A stretch of DNA of 64,000 nucleotides from the NCBI GenBank assembly GCA_964016885.1, contig OZ024742.1:36828001-36892000 (forward strand), in the 5' to 3' direction. Of the stretch, positions 12,243 through 25,679 are shown piece by piece (positions within the stretch are counted from its first letter, which is position 1; each line of letters starts with the position of its first letter). The position numbers and the translations under genes are program-made. The notes beneath the pieces are model-generated. The model made no database searches. It saw only the letters and a program-made list of their open reading frames with translations, and was not told where the DNA came from. The DNA is from Eledone cirrhosa (taxonomy: Eukaryota).

Positions 12243-15200
12243 TCAGTCAACGCGATCAGTCGCATATTTTGGCGTGGGAGACTATTTATTAAATTTAAGA
12301 TGAATACTATCTCCGACAGTAATGCCACAACTACAGCCAGGTTGAATAACTGGTTATTCTTCTAACTATCCCTTCTGAAGACACCTTTTATTCGAATTCG
12401 TAGAGATATCCGACTAAATACATAATTCATTTTACAAGGATTTGCTGAACACAACATCAACAAAAAAATTAAGGAAGTATCGAAGACAAATAACAAAGAA
12501 GGTAATCAAACTTTATTCAGTTGTAGCTACATAAGAAACCGAAATTATAAATCGCATTTCTCTTGGAGTTGCGAACTTAATAATGATTTATTTAATTGTT
12601 ATAAAATGGCAAAAAACAATCCCTCCATTGGCTATATGAATAGAATGAAGCTACACTGGGACGAAATGCACCCAGAGCTAAATTATTTCACAGCGAAACA
12701 ATTACGCCAACAAGCGATGTTTGTTGAACGTAAAAATAAGATAAATATTATGAATTGTCAGTCCCCCACAACAAACATGTTATCAACAACACGTGCTACA
12801 GGTCGCCATGCTACTAGACTTCCTAGCAGCCAGATCGAACAGCGCCTTGAAACAACTATGCCTGTAAGAAACTTGACACCACCTGTACCATCTAAGTCTA
12901 CCTCGAATGCTGGGGAAAACACTATCGATAATAATAAGAATTGAAGAAATAATAATAATAATCGAATAAATGTGACACCACGTATACCATCCGAGTCTAC
13001 CTCGACTGTTGTGGAAAATACTATCGATAATGATAATCAAAAGTATAAACAATTGAAAATTTCCCTCAACGAAATCTTCCAGAGAGAAATTAACTCATGT
13101 ATAAATATCTCTCTGGCTGAACGTGTTAAAATGACAATGGTGATAAAAAAACCAAATAATGAAATACTACGAGTTATTGACGAAATAGGGGATGAATATT
13201 TACGACGGATAAAACCCCAACATTTTGGCAAATCAACGCCTGTTTATATGCCTTAGCAATGATAGTGAAGCATTATCTTGGTGATAGCAGAGATATTAAC
13301 AAGAACAAAACACCACCAAAAATACCATCATATATAAATAAAATAGAAAAAAAGAGTGCTGACCTACGAAAAAACATAGGACACGTGACAATGCTCCTTA
13401 CTTGCAAACAAACACAAAAAAACCTCACTCCTCACCAACAAAGAGTGAAAAATAAAATAGAGACGATGTTTGGTAACAGTAGAACCAGAACTCTCCAATA
13501 TAAGCTGATCACCCTCAAACAAGAATTGAGAGCTGTTAGCGAAAAACGCCGATACCTGGAGAAGGTAGATGAGAGAAAAATGCTTAATAAAAGATTCAGA
13601 CGAAACCAAACATCAGTCTATAGAGATATGAAGGGCAAAATAATAAGTGTCACTGAAGCCCCATCCCAGAAAGACATAGATTCCTTTTGGAGAAAAATAT
13701 GGGGTGAAAAGAAGAATTTCAACCAAGATGCAGTGTGGCTAAGAGAAATCCGAAAGAACTATTGCTCCTACACTACAACAAAAACATACGAAATAAGTGA
13801 GGGTACCCTTGAGACTGTGATAGGAAAACTCCAAGATAAGAAAACACCAGGAAGAAACATGATTGTCGGCTACTGGTACAAAAAACTGATATTCTATCGG
13901 AGGTATCTTACTGACCTCTACCAACAAGTTCTTAAGGGAGATACACTTATACCAGAATGGTTGACATTAGCACAAACGTTACTGGTCCCCAAGAACAAAG
14001 ACACCCACTTGGCAAAAAACTACCGACCCATTGCATGCCAGAACCTGATGTATAAGATGTATACAGCCTGCTTGAACCTATTCCTCCAAGATCACTGTGA
14101 AAATAATAACATCATCACAGATGAACAAGCAGCTGGAAAGAAAGGGGTTTGGGGATGTGTTGAACAACTCCTAATCAACAAAACTGCGATGTCGGAGGTG
14201 CGACAATTTAGGAGGAATATGACTACAGTGTGGCTGGACTACAAGAAAGCTTTCGATTCTGTTCCCCACTCTTGGATGATAGAGGCCCTCCAACTTGCTA
14301 AAATCCTAGACATTATTGTCAGAGCCATAGAGAGGCTGTCTTCTTCTTGGGCTACTATCCTAAGGTTAAAGACAGAGAGGGAGGACTCTATTTTCACTGA
14401 TAAAATAAAATATTGCAGGGGTATATTTCAGGGGGACAGTCTCTCTGTGATATTGTTCATCTTGTCATTAAACCCCTGTCCTTTCTGCTCAAGAAATGTG
14501 AGGGATACATCATTGGCTCACAGGAGGACAGAAATACGAACCTAACCCATAACTTCTTTGTGGACGATCTGAAACTCTATGCCAAGAACATGACCTGGTT
14601 ACAACGTTCTCAAATGATATAGGAATGGAGTTTGGCCAAGATAAATGCTCATACATGACTGTAAAGCGGGGAAAAACAACAACCCAATCTAGCAACTTTG
14701 TCATCAATGGTCTAACTGTTTCATCGATATCTGATGAGGACTGCTACAGATACCTGGGGATAGATGAGAACATATCCTATAATGGTATCTGTAATAAAGA
14801 ACGCGTAACCAGGGAATACTACACCTGATTAAGAAAGATCTGGTCATCGGAACTCTCTGCGCAAAACAAACAAAACAGTGGCTCACAATGTGTTTGCTGT
14901 GCCTGTCCTAACACCAACGTTTGGAATACTCAATTGGACGATAGACGAAATCCGAGCAGTTGATGTTGGAACTCGAAAAATACTGAACAACACCGGAAAC
15001 TTCCACATCAACAGTGACATAGACCGCCTTTACTTGAAACGTAAGCAGGGAGGCAGAGGCCTAAAATCAGTCCAGACAACATTTGAATGTCGCATCATAT
15101 CTCTCCGACAACATCTACGAACCTCGAAGCGTAGGAGCCCGCTTCTCGAGCAAGTCTATCTGCATGAAACAGATAAGATCATGAGAGTTGGAAAGGAACT

Positions 15201-16335
15201 CCTTGAGAGATATTCCTTGTGATAATAAAAGAAACTCACACCCAGGGATGTCGCTCAGCAGTATCGCAGTGAATCCATGGATGAAAATCTGCATGCCTAT
15301 CAGCAAAAAATCATGCATGGATATGTTGCCAGGAAGCTCCAGAGTGAGAGTAATATAGATAAGGAAAGTAGTCTATCTTGGACCAACAACCGCTATATTG
15401 GCTCCCACTTTGAAGGATACACTTTTGCAATCCAAGAACAGGAGATTAGCACGAAATACCTGATTCACAAAAGAGATAGGGATGCAGGCAAAACACCTAG
15501 ATGTGATAACAAGTTCAGACTCTGCAGAACTAACATCGAGGATATCACCCATGTCATCAGCAGCTGTCCAAAGATGTCATCGCGGTACTATCTACCTATG
15601 AGGCATGATGTAGTGGCCAAAGCACTGTACTATGCAGTTCGTAAAAAAGATAACCCCGATAATAAACACATTAAAAGCTACAACAATGTGGAAGACACCC
15701 ATGTACATAATATGAAAGAGTACTGGTGGAATGTTCCAGTAAAAACCCCAATAAAATGCAGGCATAACAGACCAGATATTATGATATGGGACAGGGAGAA
15801 GAAAACATGCACAGTAGTAGAAATTAGCTGCCCAGCAGATGCCAATATAATATCAAAGATTAGTGAAAAGGAGAATATTTATGCAGAACTGATGAGAAAT
15901 CTGCAGATACTCCACCCTGATTACACCTTCAGATTTATGCCTGTGATTATTGGGGCACTGGGATATGTTAGTAACTGCCTCAATACAAATCTTGAGAAGC
16001 TAGGCTTCACAGGGACAGAAAGAACACAACTAGTTAGGAAACTACAAGTACAATCCATTAATGGAACAGTAAAAATATGTAAAACATTCCAAAAATGTTG
16101 CATCTAATAACTGCATATACACATGTACAGATACAAAGCATATACACATGCACACATACAACTCAAAACATACACATCCACACATACAATAACATCCATA
16201 TCTACACATGCATGCATACATACATATCTACTTAGTTGATGTTGTGTAAATTCCAATGAGAGAGTCTTGTGTCTATGTTAGAAACCGACTCTCTCTCTAT
16301 TGGTAAAACTTTTTGAAATTATAAAACCAGAAGAA
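12243..16335 (+). mobile_element. Near full-length R4/Dong-clade non-LTR retrotransposon (RT + RLE), frameshifted, inserted in (CATA)n
   Basis: N-terminal W..ELN..L..CY.MA...GY..RM...W; RT motifs NYRPIAC, WLDYKKAFDSVPH, GIFQGDSLS, FFVDDLKLY; knuckle remnant, RHD, RPDI..E..K; stop at 16107; CATA repeats on both sides. Confidence 0.92.
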
Positions 16336-16339
16336 CATA

Positions 16340-16646
16340 CATACATACATACATACATGAACTGGACCTCCGTCGGTTTCGAAGATGAGTGCTCTAGTAG
16401 ATTCAATCAACTAAACAGCCTGATCGTGAAATTAATATGTGACTGAACCTTCCACAGAAACGTGCACCTTTAATGCAATTCTCAGGGAGATTCAGCGTGA
16501 CACAATGCATGACAAAGCAGGATCTTTTGAATTACAACTACAGCACATTCCTGCCAGCTGAGAGACACTATGCACTGCTGGGAATCGAACTCATAATCTT
16601 AGAATCATCAGCCAAACACCTTAACTACTAAGCCACGCAGCTTCCC
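16340..16646 (-). mobile_element. tRNA-derived SINE (family 2)
   Basis: Minus strand begins GGGAAGCTGCGTGGCTTAGTAGTTAAGG (A box) ... GAGTTCGATTCCC (B box); flanked by (CATA)n. Confidence 0.7.
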
Positions 16647-16736
16647 ATACATACATACATACATACATACATACATACATACATACATACATACATACAT
16701 ACATACATACATACATACATACATACATACATACAT

Positions 16737-17037
16737 AACACAACTAGTTAGGAAATTACAAGTAAAATCCATTAATGGAACAGTAAAAATATGTAAAACA
16801 TTCTAAGAATGTTGCATCTAATAACTGCATATACACATGTACAGATACAAAGCACACATACAACTCAAAACATACACATACACACATACAATAACATCTA
16901 TATCTACACATGCATGCATACATACATATCTACCTCGTTGATGTTGTGTAAATTCCAATGAGAGAGTCTTGTGTCTATGTTAGAAACCGACTCTCTCTCT
17001 ATTGGTAAAACCTTGTGAAATTATAAAACAAGAAGAA
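16737..17037 (+). mobile_element. Second, heavily 5'-truncated copy of the R4/Dong 3' end
   Basis: Nearly identical to 16023-16335; (CATA)n on both sides. Confidence 0.9.
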
Positions 17038-17176
17038 CATACATACATACATACATACATACATACATACATACATACATACATACATGCATACATGCAT
17101 ACATACATACATACATACATACATACATACATACATACATACATACATACATACATACATACATACATACATACAT

Positions 17177-17270
17177 AGAGCGAAAAGTAACCAGGGAATA
17201 TAACACTCGCTTAAGAAAAATATGATCTTCTGAACTCTCTGAACACAATAAATCAATGTCTTACAATGTG
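17177..17270 (+). pseudogene. Internal R4/Dong RT fragment
   Basis: Reads ERKVTREYNTRLRKI*SSELSEHNKSMSYNV, homologous to ~14798-14892. Confidence 0.65.
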
Positions 17271-17892
17271 CGTACATACGTACATACATACACACTTTAC
17301 TTACATACACCTCGATTACACCGATACTGAGGCAGTTGTGATGCGATCACAACTTAAAGTACAGTGAGGTTAACTATTGTATACAGATTCATATACACAT
17401 TTATTCCGAATCACGCTGTCTTCGTGCTATCGCTAATTAATAATTTATTTATATATTTAGTCATTCGTTTGTTGGAAACTTTCCAATCCACTTTGACGGA
17501 GCTCAAAGGACAGTGTTTCGGCTGACAACCTTAGTACAATCAAATCGTGACTGTTAATTAACTCGACTTCCTAGGAAAAGTCAGCTTTAACATAACAATA
17601 CAATAGTAAAGAGGAAAACATATATATATAAACGTTAAATAGAAAACAAAGCAAAATATACAAGATCAGTTATCGTCTGCAATTGGATGTGTGCCGTCTG
17701 TTTTGCAAGAAACAGTTGTTTTCGAGCAATGTACCGAATGTACGTGTATGTAAGAAAAGAATACTCTATACCGAAGCGGAGTTAACTCCTCTAAAGACCA
17801 GTAAAGAACCAGAAGCAGCCGTTAGGGTGTTTACCTTAACATATTGATGCTATATTGATAGCTCGTTCCTGATCATTATTATGGATTGGCAT

Positions 17893-18260
17893 GGCCGTGG
17901 ATTGGCAGTATCGGTAGAGGGTCGAACGCCATGCTTTCCAGCATAGTTACGTCTCTTTACGATCTGAGTTCAAATCGCGCCGAGGTTGACTTTGCCTTTC
18001 ATCCTTACGGGGTCGATAAAATAAAGTACCAGTAATGAACTGGTGATTGCTGGCCTTGTGCCTAAAGTAGAAACAATTATTATGGATTGGCAGTGTCGGT
18101 AGAGAGTCGGACGCCATGCTTTCCAGCATAGTTACTCCCTTTACGGTCTAAGTTCAAATCCCGCCGAGGTTGACTTTGCTTTCATCCTTACGGGGTCGAT
18201 AAAATAAAGTACCAGTAATGTACAGGGTTATTGCTGGCCTTGTGCCAAAAGCAGAAACAA
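17893..18260 (+). mobile_element. Two tandem tRNA-SINEs (family 1)
   Basis: Copies ~17893-18076 and ~18082-18260, each with A/B boxes and the family central domain. Confidence 0.85.
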
Positions 18261-18436
18261 TTGTTATTGTTACTGTTATTATTAACCCCCGGCTTCTTAA
18301 GAGGATGCCGATTACGGTGTAATATCAAACGTAAATAGCACATCGGCAACCGGACCAATGTTGGCATTGAGTGCTCAAACTGGTGAGCCAATAGTAACTA
18401 AACATCATACACCTATATATATATGTGTGTGTGTGT

Positions 18437-18810
18437 CATCAGGAATGCCGGTTGATATAAGGTACTCAATGCACTAGTAGAGTGAGAACAAATAAAATAT
18501 AATATACAAATGGCTTCTACAGGACTAGAACCGTTCCATTCGTATGAAATGATCAGGAATTCCGGTTGATATAAGTCGTTTGATCTATGTCAAGTTTAGT
18601 CAACACGATTCCTCGGCGATGATTATAGGGGCGCCGTAAGGTGCTAAGTGATATGTAGATCCCAAGTGAAATAGGGGGTAACCACAGTAAATAAGGTATT
18701 CAATTCCCGATGATTTCATATGAATGAAACAGTTCTAGTCCTGTAGAAGCCACTTCTATATTATATTTCGTTGTTCTCACTCTACTAATGTATTGAGTAT
18801 TGTATTTATT
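18437..18810. mobile_element. Fold-back cassette with HHR at 18704-18749 (same family as 46811-47492)
   Basis: Arms ~18462-18556 and ~18707-18800; ttc CCGATGA tttc-atat-gaat GAAACAG-ttctagtc-CTGTA gaa. Confidence 0.7.
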
Positions 18811-19225
18811 CTTAAAACCATTTGAAATTGGTAAAATTTATTCTTTCTCATTTTCTTGAGCATATGCGAGTTATAGATATTATGCATGGTGTAGAAAATT
18901 AATAACTAATCATTTTCAGTTGTTCTGCAAATACATGTACCATTGTAACCGAATTGAAACGGACGTAGAAATAAAGAAATGAATATAAATTGTTAGCCTT
19001 GGTCTTTCGTAATATTGAATATTAATGTTCCGCGACCTGAACAGTCGTTAACAAGAACTTTAACTGCCGATGACTTTGTCGCCAGTTTTAAACTCCTGAT
19101 GAACCGAGGATTGTACTCTACATTGAGTTTCTCTTACCTTACCAAAGATAATAGTGAAATACTCCATAATTACATATTTACAGTAATCTACCACTGTCAT
19201 TTTGTATAAGATGCTATATATATAA

Positions 19226-19324
<99 letters not shown>

Positions 19325-19424
19325 TTTATTAAAATAACAGATTAAAGTTTAAGCAAAGAATCGCTGCTTTCACCCTTAACCGGATCTTAGTCTTCACATT
19401 TATTATTATTACTATTATATATAT

Positions 19425-20031
19425 GTAGCATGCGACAGCGGCCACACCCCGGTAAACCGCATTGGCTGGCGGGCCGAACCAGGTTGAGGGTAGCCGGACG
19501 GGTCTGAACCCCCCCCCCCCCCCCCGGTGAGTTAGATAGGGGGTGCTTGCCCCTGCATGCGAAGACTGGACCCGGCGGAGTGATTGGAGGAGGACAACAT
19601 CGTCCCAACGGTCAGAAAGGCGGCGACAGCAAGCGGTGTGGAGCGCTAGGGCACGGCAAGGCACTACAGACGTCGTGGCCAGCCACTGCAGCCAAGGAAG
19701 TCCGTGGTCGGGGCGGTCCTCCGTACCACCGGATTCTGGCTTCTGTGGCCGAATGAGTGGAACCGTCACTGTGCACTGGCCTTCCCACTATAAACCTTTC
19801 CTGCACAGGTTAATTCTTTAGCATGCACTCCCAAAGCCCTGCGGCGATGGGCGAGAGGTGGAGGTAACGTCTGGGAGTTGCCGGTCTGACTCCGGTCTCT
19901 TCCCCTGCCTCCACTGTCTCCGGACCTGCAAGTCAAGGATAGGCCTCCACAACCACCTTCGTGCCCTCGGCAGACGGGAACAACAATAAAGAAGATGTCA
20001 TCATCGTTTACGATGGACAACCAAGAAGAAG
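19425..20031 (+). mobile_element. GC-rich ~600-bp non-autonomous retroposon, probably bipartite RTE-type, (AAG)n tail
   Basis: No credible ORF; ends CATCG-TTTA-CGATG GACAACC AAGAAGAAGA, an RTE-like 3' stem-loop plus tail; embedded in (TA)n. Confidence 0.5.
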
Positions 20032-20057
20032 ATATATATATATATATAGATATATAT

Positions 20058-20133
<76 letters not shown>

Positions 20134-20336
20134 TATTAGTTATACTATTTATGGTTATGTAAACACAAAACCTTAAGCAGTTGTAAGTATTTTACACACA
20201 CCCTAAATAGTGGTAGGCAGTAATGTATTACTACCTTATTACCAGTAAGTTAAGTAGCTCAATGTAAAAACATCAGATGATTTACAGAGCAGTTATATGA
20301 AATATAAGAATCAAAGAACTGTTCAAAACATTATTG

Positions 20337-20383
20337 TGCTTACAGCTGTTTCCTCCAAACCAAGGTTTGGATTCTTCGGAGCA
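20337..20383 (-). ncRNA. Hammerhead ribozyme in the PLE pLTR (U4C core, palindromic stem III)
   Basis: tgct CCGAAGA a tccaaac-cttg-gtttgga g GAA ACAGCTGT A agca. Confidence 0.75.
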
Positions 20384-21826
20384 ATTTATTAATGCATGGA
20401 CAGTTATATGACCTCCTTTTCAGCCGAGAGACATACCAATACATATTCAAACATTGATACATATTCAAACATTGTGGGTCAACATTCATTACAGAATTTA
20501 GAGTGGCAGTACACACTTCGAGATTACATTTATATTAATAGGTACAATCAAAAATCAAAGATATAGGTTAAAGTACAACATGAAGATAAGTGGTTATATA
20601 GTGCAAATGTTATATGTGTGGCACGCATGTGCGTCTTGTTTATATAGTGTGGCAGAGAGATATGTGTGGTAGAGGCACTTAGGTAGGTAAATAAGAGTGT
20701 TAGGTTGGTAGATCTGGTGGCAAAATCTTTATATGATTGATATAGTCTGTGTGTGGAGAAATATTATAAGCATTAAAGATAGTGCAAGCATTAAAAGTGT
20801 TATAAGTATTGGAGATGCACAGCGCAGGGATGTCAAGTAATTCATGTACTTCGGCATTTTCATGGTCAAGGGAGTGTATATTTCGATTATATGCCTTTCA
20901 CATAATCCACGACAATCCAGTTAGAGATCGTAGTCTGGTGTTCTTTAGTTCGATACAGGAGGTTGTTACGTTTCGAGAAACGCCATTGAATACCGGAAGT
21001 GTGTGTGTGGCTAAGGGGAGTTAATGCATGCGGGGAGGTAACTCTGGGGTTTCTATATCTAGCCATTAAAATGTGTCCCAATATAGACCCTAAATTCTAT
21101 GGTGAAGTGCACCTTCCAAGAGAGACTTTTAAAGCATAAAGTGTACTAACTATAGAGTAGTTTAACCAAGTTATGCTGAAGGTGATCATATTATTATTAT
21201 GGTGGATTAACCCATCTTAAGGTGCTACAAATGGAAATTATAGATGATGAGCGAGGATTCTAAATTAATGATCTCTGTGGTTGTAGTCTGCTCATATGAC
21301 CAGGCGCGGTGATTGCAGGATTGCTTCAGGACCCAATGATCTCTGGTAAGATCTGGGTCATCGCTTGCTACATTGGATGTCGAAAGATAATCGTCCCCAG
21401 GCAGGCCAAAGGTCAATCCGCAGTCCTCGCGACCCCTCTCTGACCGTCAGATCATCCATATACGTACAACCCGCACGGCAGTTGCATTGCATTCACTCAC
21501 TGCGCTCAGCAGCCCGGTCCTACTGGTCAACAGCGCTACTCGATTAAATCATTTTACATCTGTCTAAGGAAGGTGTTTCCTCTGCCCAACACCATCCAAC
21601 CGATCAATTCATGCTCAAATTACCCTTAGAGCGGTGTAGTGCCGTTCAAGTGGGTGGATGTTGTCACACCTGCCGTAGAGGTATAAATGGGTATTTTCCC
21701 TGCGAAGGGTTCCAGAGGGATGTCGTTGTTTGTGTTATAATGGATCAGCTAGTGTTGGGTATGTAGTATAGGGTGTGTCTCTGGTGTTTGATGCTAGATG
21801 TGGTGTTAGGTTCCAGTCCGACATTG

Positions 21827-24286
21827 CTATATATAGGGCTTAAAGTTTTGGAAGGAATGTCTGAGGCGGTGCTGGCAAGTTGCAAATACCTCAGATTTTT
21901 TGTTAAGTAGGTTACGGTTGGAGAAGATAATATTGTGTGTCTCTAGTATACAGAGGTTACAGAATTTATTAGGTGGTTTGTACGAGGTCGCGCTGCCTAT
22001 CACTTCCCATTTGAGTGTGTATGGTTTATTTTTAGATTTTAGATAGTGTATGTAGCTAGAAAGTGAGGTGGAGTTGGCTAGGCTGTGCTTTTTGAACGAG
22101 TGGATGTGCGAGTTATATCTGATTTTGAAGCAGTTAGAAGTGGAGCCTACATAGGTTTCTGAAGAGTTATTAGTCGTGACTGTGCATGAGTATATGACAT
22201 CCTTGGTTAGGCATTTTTTATCTAAAGGGCAGGTTCTATTAGCTCTACAGTTACAATTATTCTGTGCGTTAGTCCGCTGGTTATAATGCAATGCGGAAGT
22301 CTGTGTGGTGGATATAGGATTTTGGGTGTTCGGGTTGACAACCCTGGTGTTATTACTTATACTAGTGTTATTTCTATTGTTACTGCCGTTGCTATGGTTG
22401 CTTGCTACAGTGGTATTTAGAGGGTTTGCATCCCGTTGTGATTTTGTTTGTTGGAAGTAAGAACTAATTTTACTATTATTGCTGCTAGCTATGTGGTATG
22501 CTAAGTTAGGCGTCGTAGAGTATGAGATTTTAATGGTGTTTTTGTTTAAGAGGTTGTGGTACTTGTGTCCTAGAGGGAAGTTTTTATCTAGTAGTGAGAA
22601 GAAAGCCCTAGGTATGTTGGTGGAGACATTTAGGTTGAAAGGAGGGTTGAAAAATGTATTATTTCTTCTTCTATTTTTGCTTTTAGTGTTTGGTGTGTTG
22701 CTTCCTCCTAAGGCCCCACAGTAGTTTCCATGGTAATGGTTACTTCCGGTGGCACCCTCCGCTTTGGTGTACTTGTGGTTGCTATTCCTATTATTAGATT
22801 TCCTCATGGACATGTTGTGCGAGATGATGTTGTAGCTATGTGTTTTCTTAGGTAGGAACTCAATTTCTATATTATGGCCGGAGCTAGCTAATGCTTGATT
22901 GTAATATTGTGAGTTTTTGCTAAATATGTTTGCGTCATAGGACAGACTAGAGATTCTATTGGACACCCCCTTAGAGATAGAGTTTAATATTGATCTAGGG
23001 TGATTAGACTTGGTATCTACGTAAATAAGTTTCTCATTAGGCTTATGGAAAGGTGTATATATTTTTGAGTCTAGGTATAGTGTGGCGTCTAGGAAGTTAA
23101 CATTTTTAGTGTTTTTGTCCATGGTGATACTAAGGTTAAAGTTTTTGAATGTCTTATGCAGTTGTTTTCTAGTTCTTTCTATATTATTTTTTTTATATTC
23201 TATGAGTAGAAGTGCATCATCGCGGTACAAACCACCGTTGAGGTAAGGGAGGTCTTTATGGATTTCATTGAGGAGGTATAGGCCGACCAAATCCGTGACC
23301 TGCGCCGAGTCACTAGATCCCATGGTTATGTCGAAGTTGTTGTGCGTATCCTTGCGTGTCCATAGTTGGTCCTCGAAGGTGATTATGGTTTTACGGGCCG
23401 CAAGGATGACATCAATCTGGGCTCTAGTCAGGTCGCTATTGGTCATGGCCATGATAAGTGCCTTATTTAATAGGATAGGGGAAATAGAGGTGTAGTATGA
23501 ATTGATATCAAATTGAATAAATTTTTTGTTCTTATTATTCTTGATATCCTTGAACCATTCAATTACTTCACCCGTATTTCCCCATTGTTTAAGGTGTATC
23601 TTGTGTTTAATTTGTGGGATGATTTTATCCAAAATCTTCTTGCTGATAATACCAATGTCGGACTTGGAAGGGCAGATAAGTCTTATCGTGGGGTTGCTGA
23701 TGAAGTTCTCCTTATGGTCCTTCAGAGAGAATCTAGGGGGGTTCGGAGTGAAAGGTTGTGTATGCCTCTGTAGTCCTAGTTTAGACACTATATTATAACC
23801 CTCTACATTAATATCTTCTAAGTTTTTCAAGGTGGTTTTTTTGTAGCTTTTATGTAGTTCATTATATATAAACTTTCTATAAGTAATATAATCTAGGCTG
23901 TATATGTTATTAGTTTTATCTGCGTGTACAATAATTTTATTACTAGTTTTGAATCCATTAATAGAAGTGTTAAGTTTGTTTAAGAAGGTGTTGCTTCTAA
24001 TATGGTGCTTATTGTATTTAATGTTCTTAACTAGTTTAACTAGGTCATTTTCAAAGGAGTTAAGTAGAGTGTTATGAGGGGGGCTTTTAAAGGTTTTAAA
24101 GCCGAAGGAGTCAAAATTGTTAGTATTATTCAAGTTGTTAGATTTGTTTCTATCATAATGGAATGTCCTCCATCTCACTCTATTGATAAATGAATTTACA
24201 CTGTTGATCAGCAATTTCTCATATGTATTCCTGGATGGTATTGGTATGTTCTTGGTTGACATGGGGAGTTGGTCTTTGATTAGCAT
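21827..24286 (-). CDS. PLE polyprotein: reverse transcriptase + C-terminal GIY-YIG endonuclease (819 aa, intact)
   Basis: ADKT, P.IRLICP, FDINSYYTSI, MGS, LYRDD; linker CNCRANRTCPL..CL; VIY..TYVG; H..SF; CNLC..E; LLNK..CQH. Confidence 0.95.
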   Translation of the reverse strand: MLIKDQLPMSTKNIPIPSRNTYEKLLINSVNSFINRVRWRTFHYDRNKSNNLNNTNNFDSFGFKTFKSPPHNTLLNSFENDLVKLVKNIKYNKHHIRSNTFLNKLNTSINGFKTSNKIIVHADKTNNIYSLDYITYRKFIYNELHKSYKKTTLKNLEDINVEGYNIVSKLGLQRHTQPFTPNPPRFSLKDHKENFISNPTIRLICPSKSDIGIISKKILDKIIPQIKHKIHLKQWGNTGEVIEWFKDIKNNKNKKFIQFDINSYYTSISPILLNKALIMAMTNSDLTRAQIDVILAARKTIITFEDQLWTRKDTHNNFDITMGSSDSAQVTDLVGLYLLNEIHKDLPYLNGGLYRDDALLLIEYKKNNIERTRKQLHKTFKNFNLSITMDKNTKNVNFLDATLYLDSKIYTPFHKPNEKLIYVDTKSNHPRSILNSISKGVSNRISSLSYDANIFSKNSQYYNQALASSGHNIEIEFLPKKTHSYNIISHNMSMRKSNNRNSNHKYTKAEGATGSNHYHGNYCGALGGSNTPNTKSKNRRRNNTFFNPPFNLNVSTNIPRAFFSLLDKNFPLGHKYHNLLNKNTIKISYSTTPNLAYHIASSNNSKISSYFQQTKSQRDANPLNTTVASNHSNGSNNRNNTSISNNTRVVNPNTQNPISTTQTSALHYNQRTNAQNNCNCRANRTCPLDKKCLTKDVIYSCTVTTNNSSETYVGSTSNCFKIRYNSHIHSFKKHSLANSTSLSSYIHYLKSKNKPYTLKWEVIGSATSYKPPNKFCNLCILETHNIIFSNRNLLNKKSEVFATCQHRLRHSFQNFKPYI

Positions 24287-25557
24287 ATTGGCAATATTAT
24301 ATGTCAGCTCAACGATATGGAGCAGTTAATAGTATTAGTTATACTATTTATGGTTATGTAAACACAAAACCTTAAGCAGTTGTAAGTATTTTACACACAC
24401 CCTAAATATTGGTAGGCAGTAATGTATTACTACCTTATTACCAGTAAGTTAAGTAGCTCAATGTAAAAACATCAGATGATTTACAGAGCAGTTATATGAA
24501 ATATAAGAATCAAAGGACTGCGGATTGACCTTTGGCCTGCCTGGGGACGATTATCTTTCGACATCCAATGTAGCAAGCGATGACCCAGATCTTACCAGAG
24601 ATCATTGGGTCCTGAAGCAATCCTGCAATCACCGCGCCTGGTCATATGAGCAGACTACAACCACAGAGATCATTAATTTAGAATCCTCGCTCATCATCTA
24701 TAATTTCCATTTGTAGCACCTTAAGATGGGTTAATCCACCATAATAATAATATGATCACCTTCAGCATAACTTGGTTAAACTACTCTATAGTTAGTACAC
24801 TTTATGCTTTAAAAGTCTCTCTTGGAAGGTGCACTTCACCATAGAATTTAGGGTCTATATTGGGACACATTTTAATGGCTAGATATAGAAACCCCAGAGT
24901 TACCTCCCCGCATGCATTAACTCCCCTTAGCCACACACACACTTCCGGTATTCAATGGCGTTTCTCGAAACGTAACAACCTCCTGTATCGAACTAAAGAA
25001 CACCAGACTACGATCTCTAACTGGATTGTCGTGGATTATGTGAAAGGCATATAATCGAAATATACACTCCCTTGACCATGAAAATGCCGAAGTACATGAA
25101 TTACTTGACATCCCTGCGCTGTGCATCTCCAATACTTATAACACTTTTAATGCTTGCACTATCTTTAATGCTTATAATATTTCTCCACACACAGACTATA
25201 TCAATCATATAAAGATTTTGCCACCAGATCTACCAACCTAACACTCTTATTTACCTACCTAAGTGCCTCTACCACACATATCTCTCTGCCACACTATATA
25301 AACAAGACGCACATGCGTGCCACACATATAACATTTGCACTATATAACCACTTATCTTCATGTTGTACTTTAACCTATATCTTTGATTTTTGATTGTACC
25401 TATTAATATAAATGTAATCTCGAAGTGTGTACTGCCACTCTAAATTCTGTAATGAATGTTGACCCACAATGTTTGAATATGTATCAATGTTTGAATATGT
25501 ATTGGTATGTCTCTCGGCTGAAAAGGAGGTCATATAACTGTCCATGCATTAATAAAT

Positions 25558-25604
25558 TGCTCCGAAGAATCCAAACCTTGGTTTGGAGGAAACAGCTGTA
25601 AGCA
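25558..25604 (+). ncRNA. Inverted copy of the PLE hammerhead
   Basis: Reverse complement of 20337-20383. Confidence 0.75.
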
Positions 25605-25635
25605 CAATAATGTTTTGAACAGTTCTTTGATTCTT

Positions 25636-25679
<44 letters not shown>

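Larger units (their letters stand above)
20132..25647 (-). mobile_element. Full-length Penelope-like element with direct pseudo-LTR and inverted 5' copy, inserted in (TA)n
   Basis: Direct repeat 20133-20314 = 24332-24513 (period 4199); 24514-25647 is the reverse complement of 20294-21427; (TA)n on both sides. Confidence 0.95.

Noticed and set aside
20809-25132. Paired identical short ORFs on opposite strands (also 27339/28136 and 28906/28982)
   Set aside because: By-products of inverted duplication with no recognisable protein motifs.
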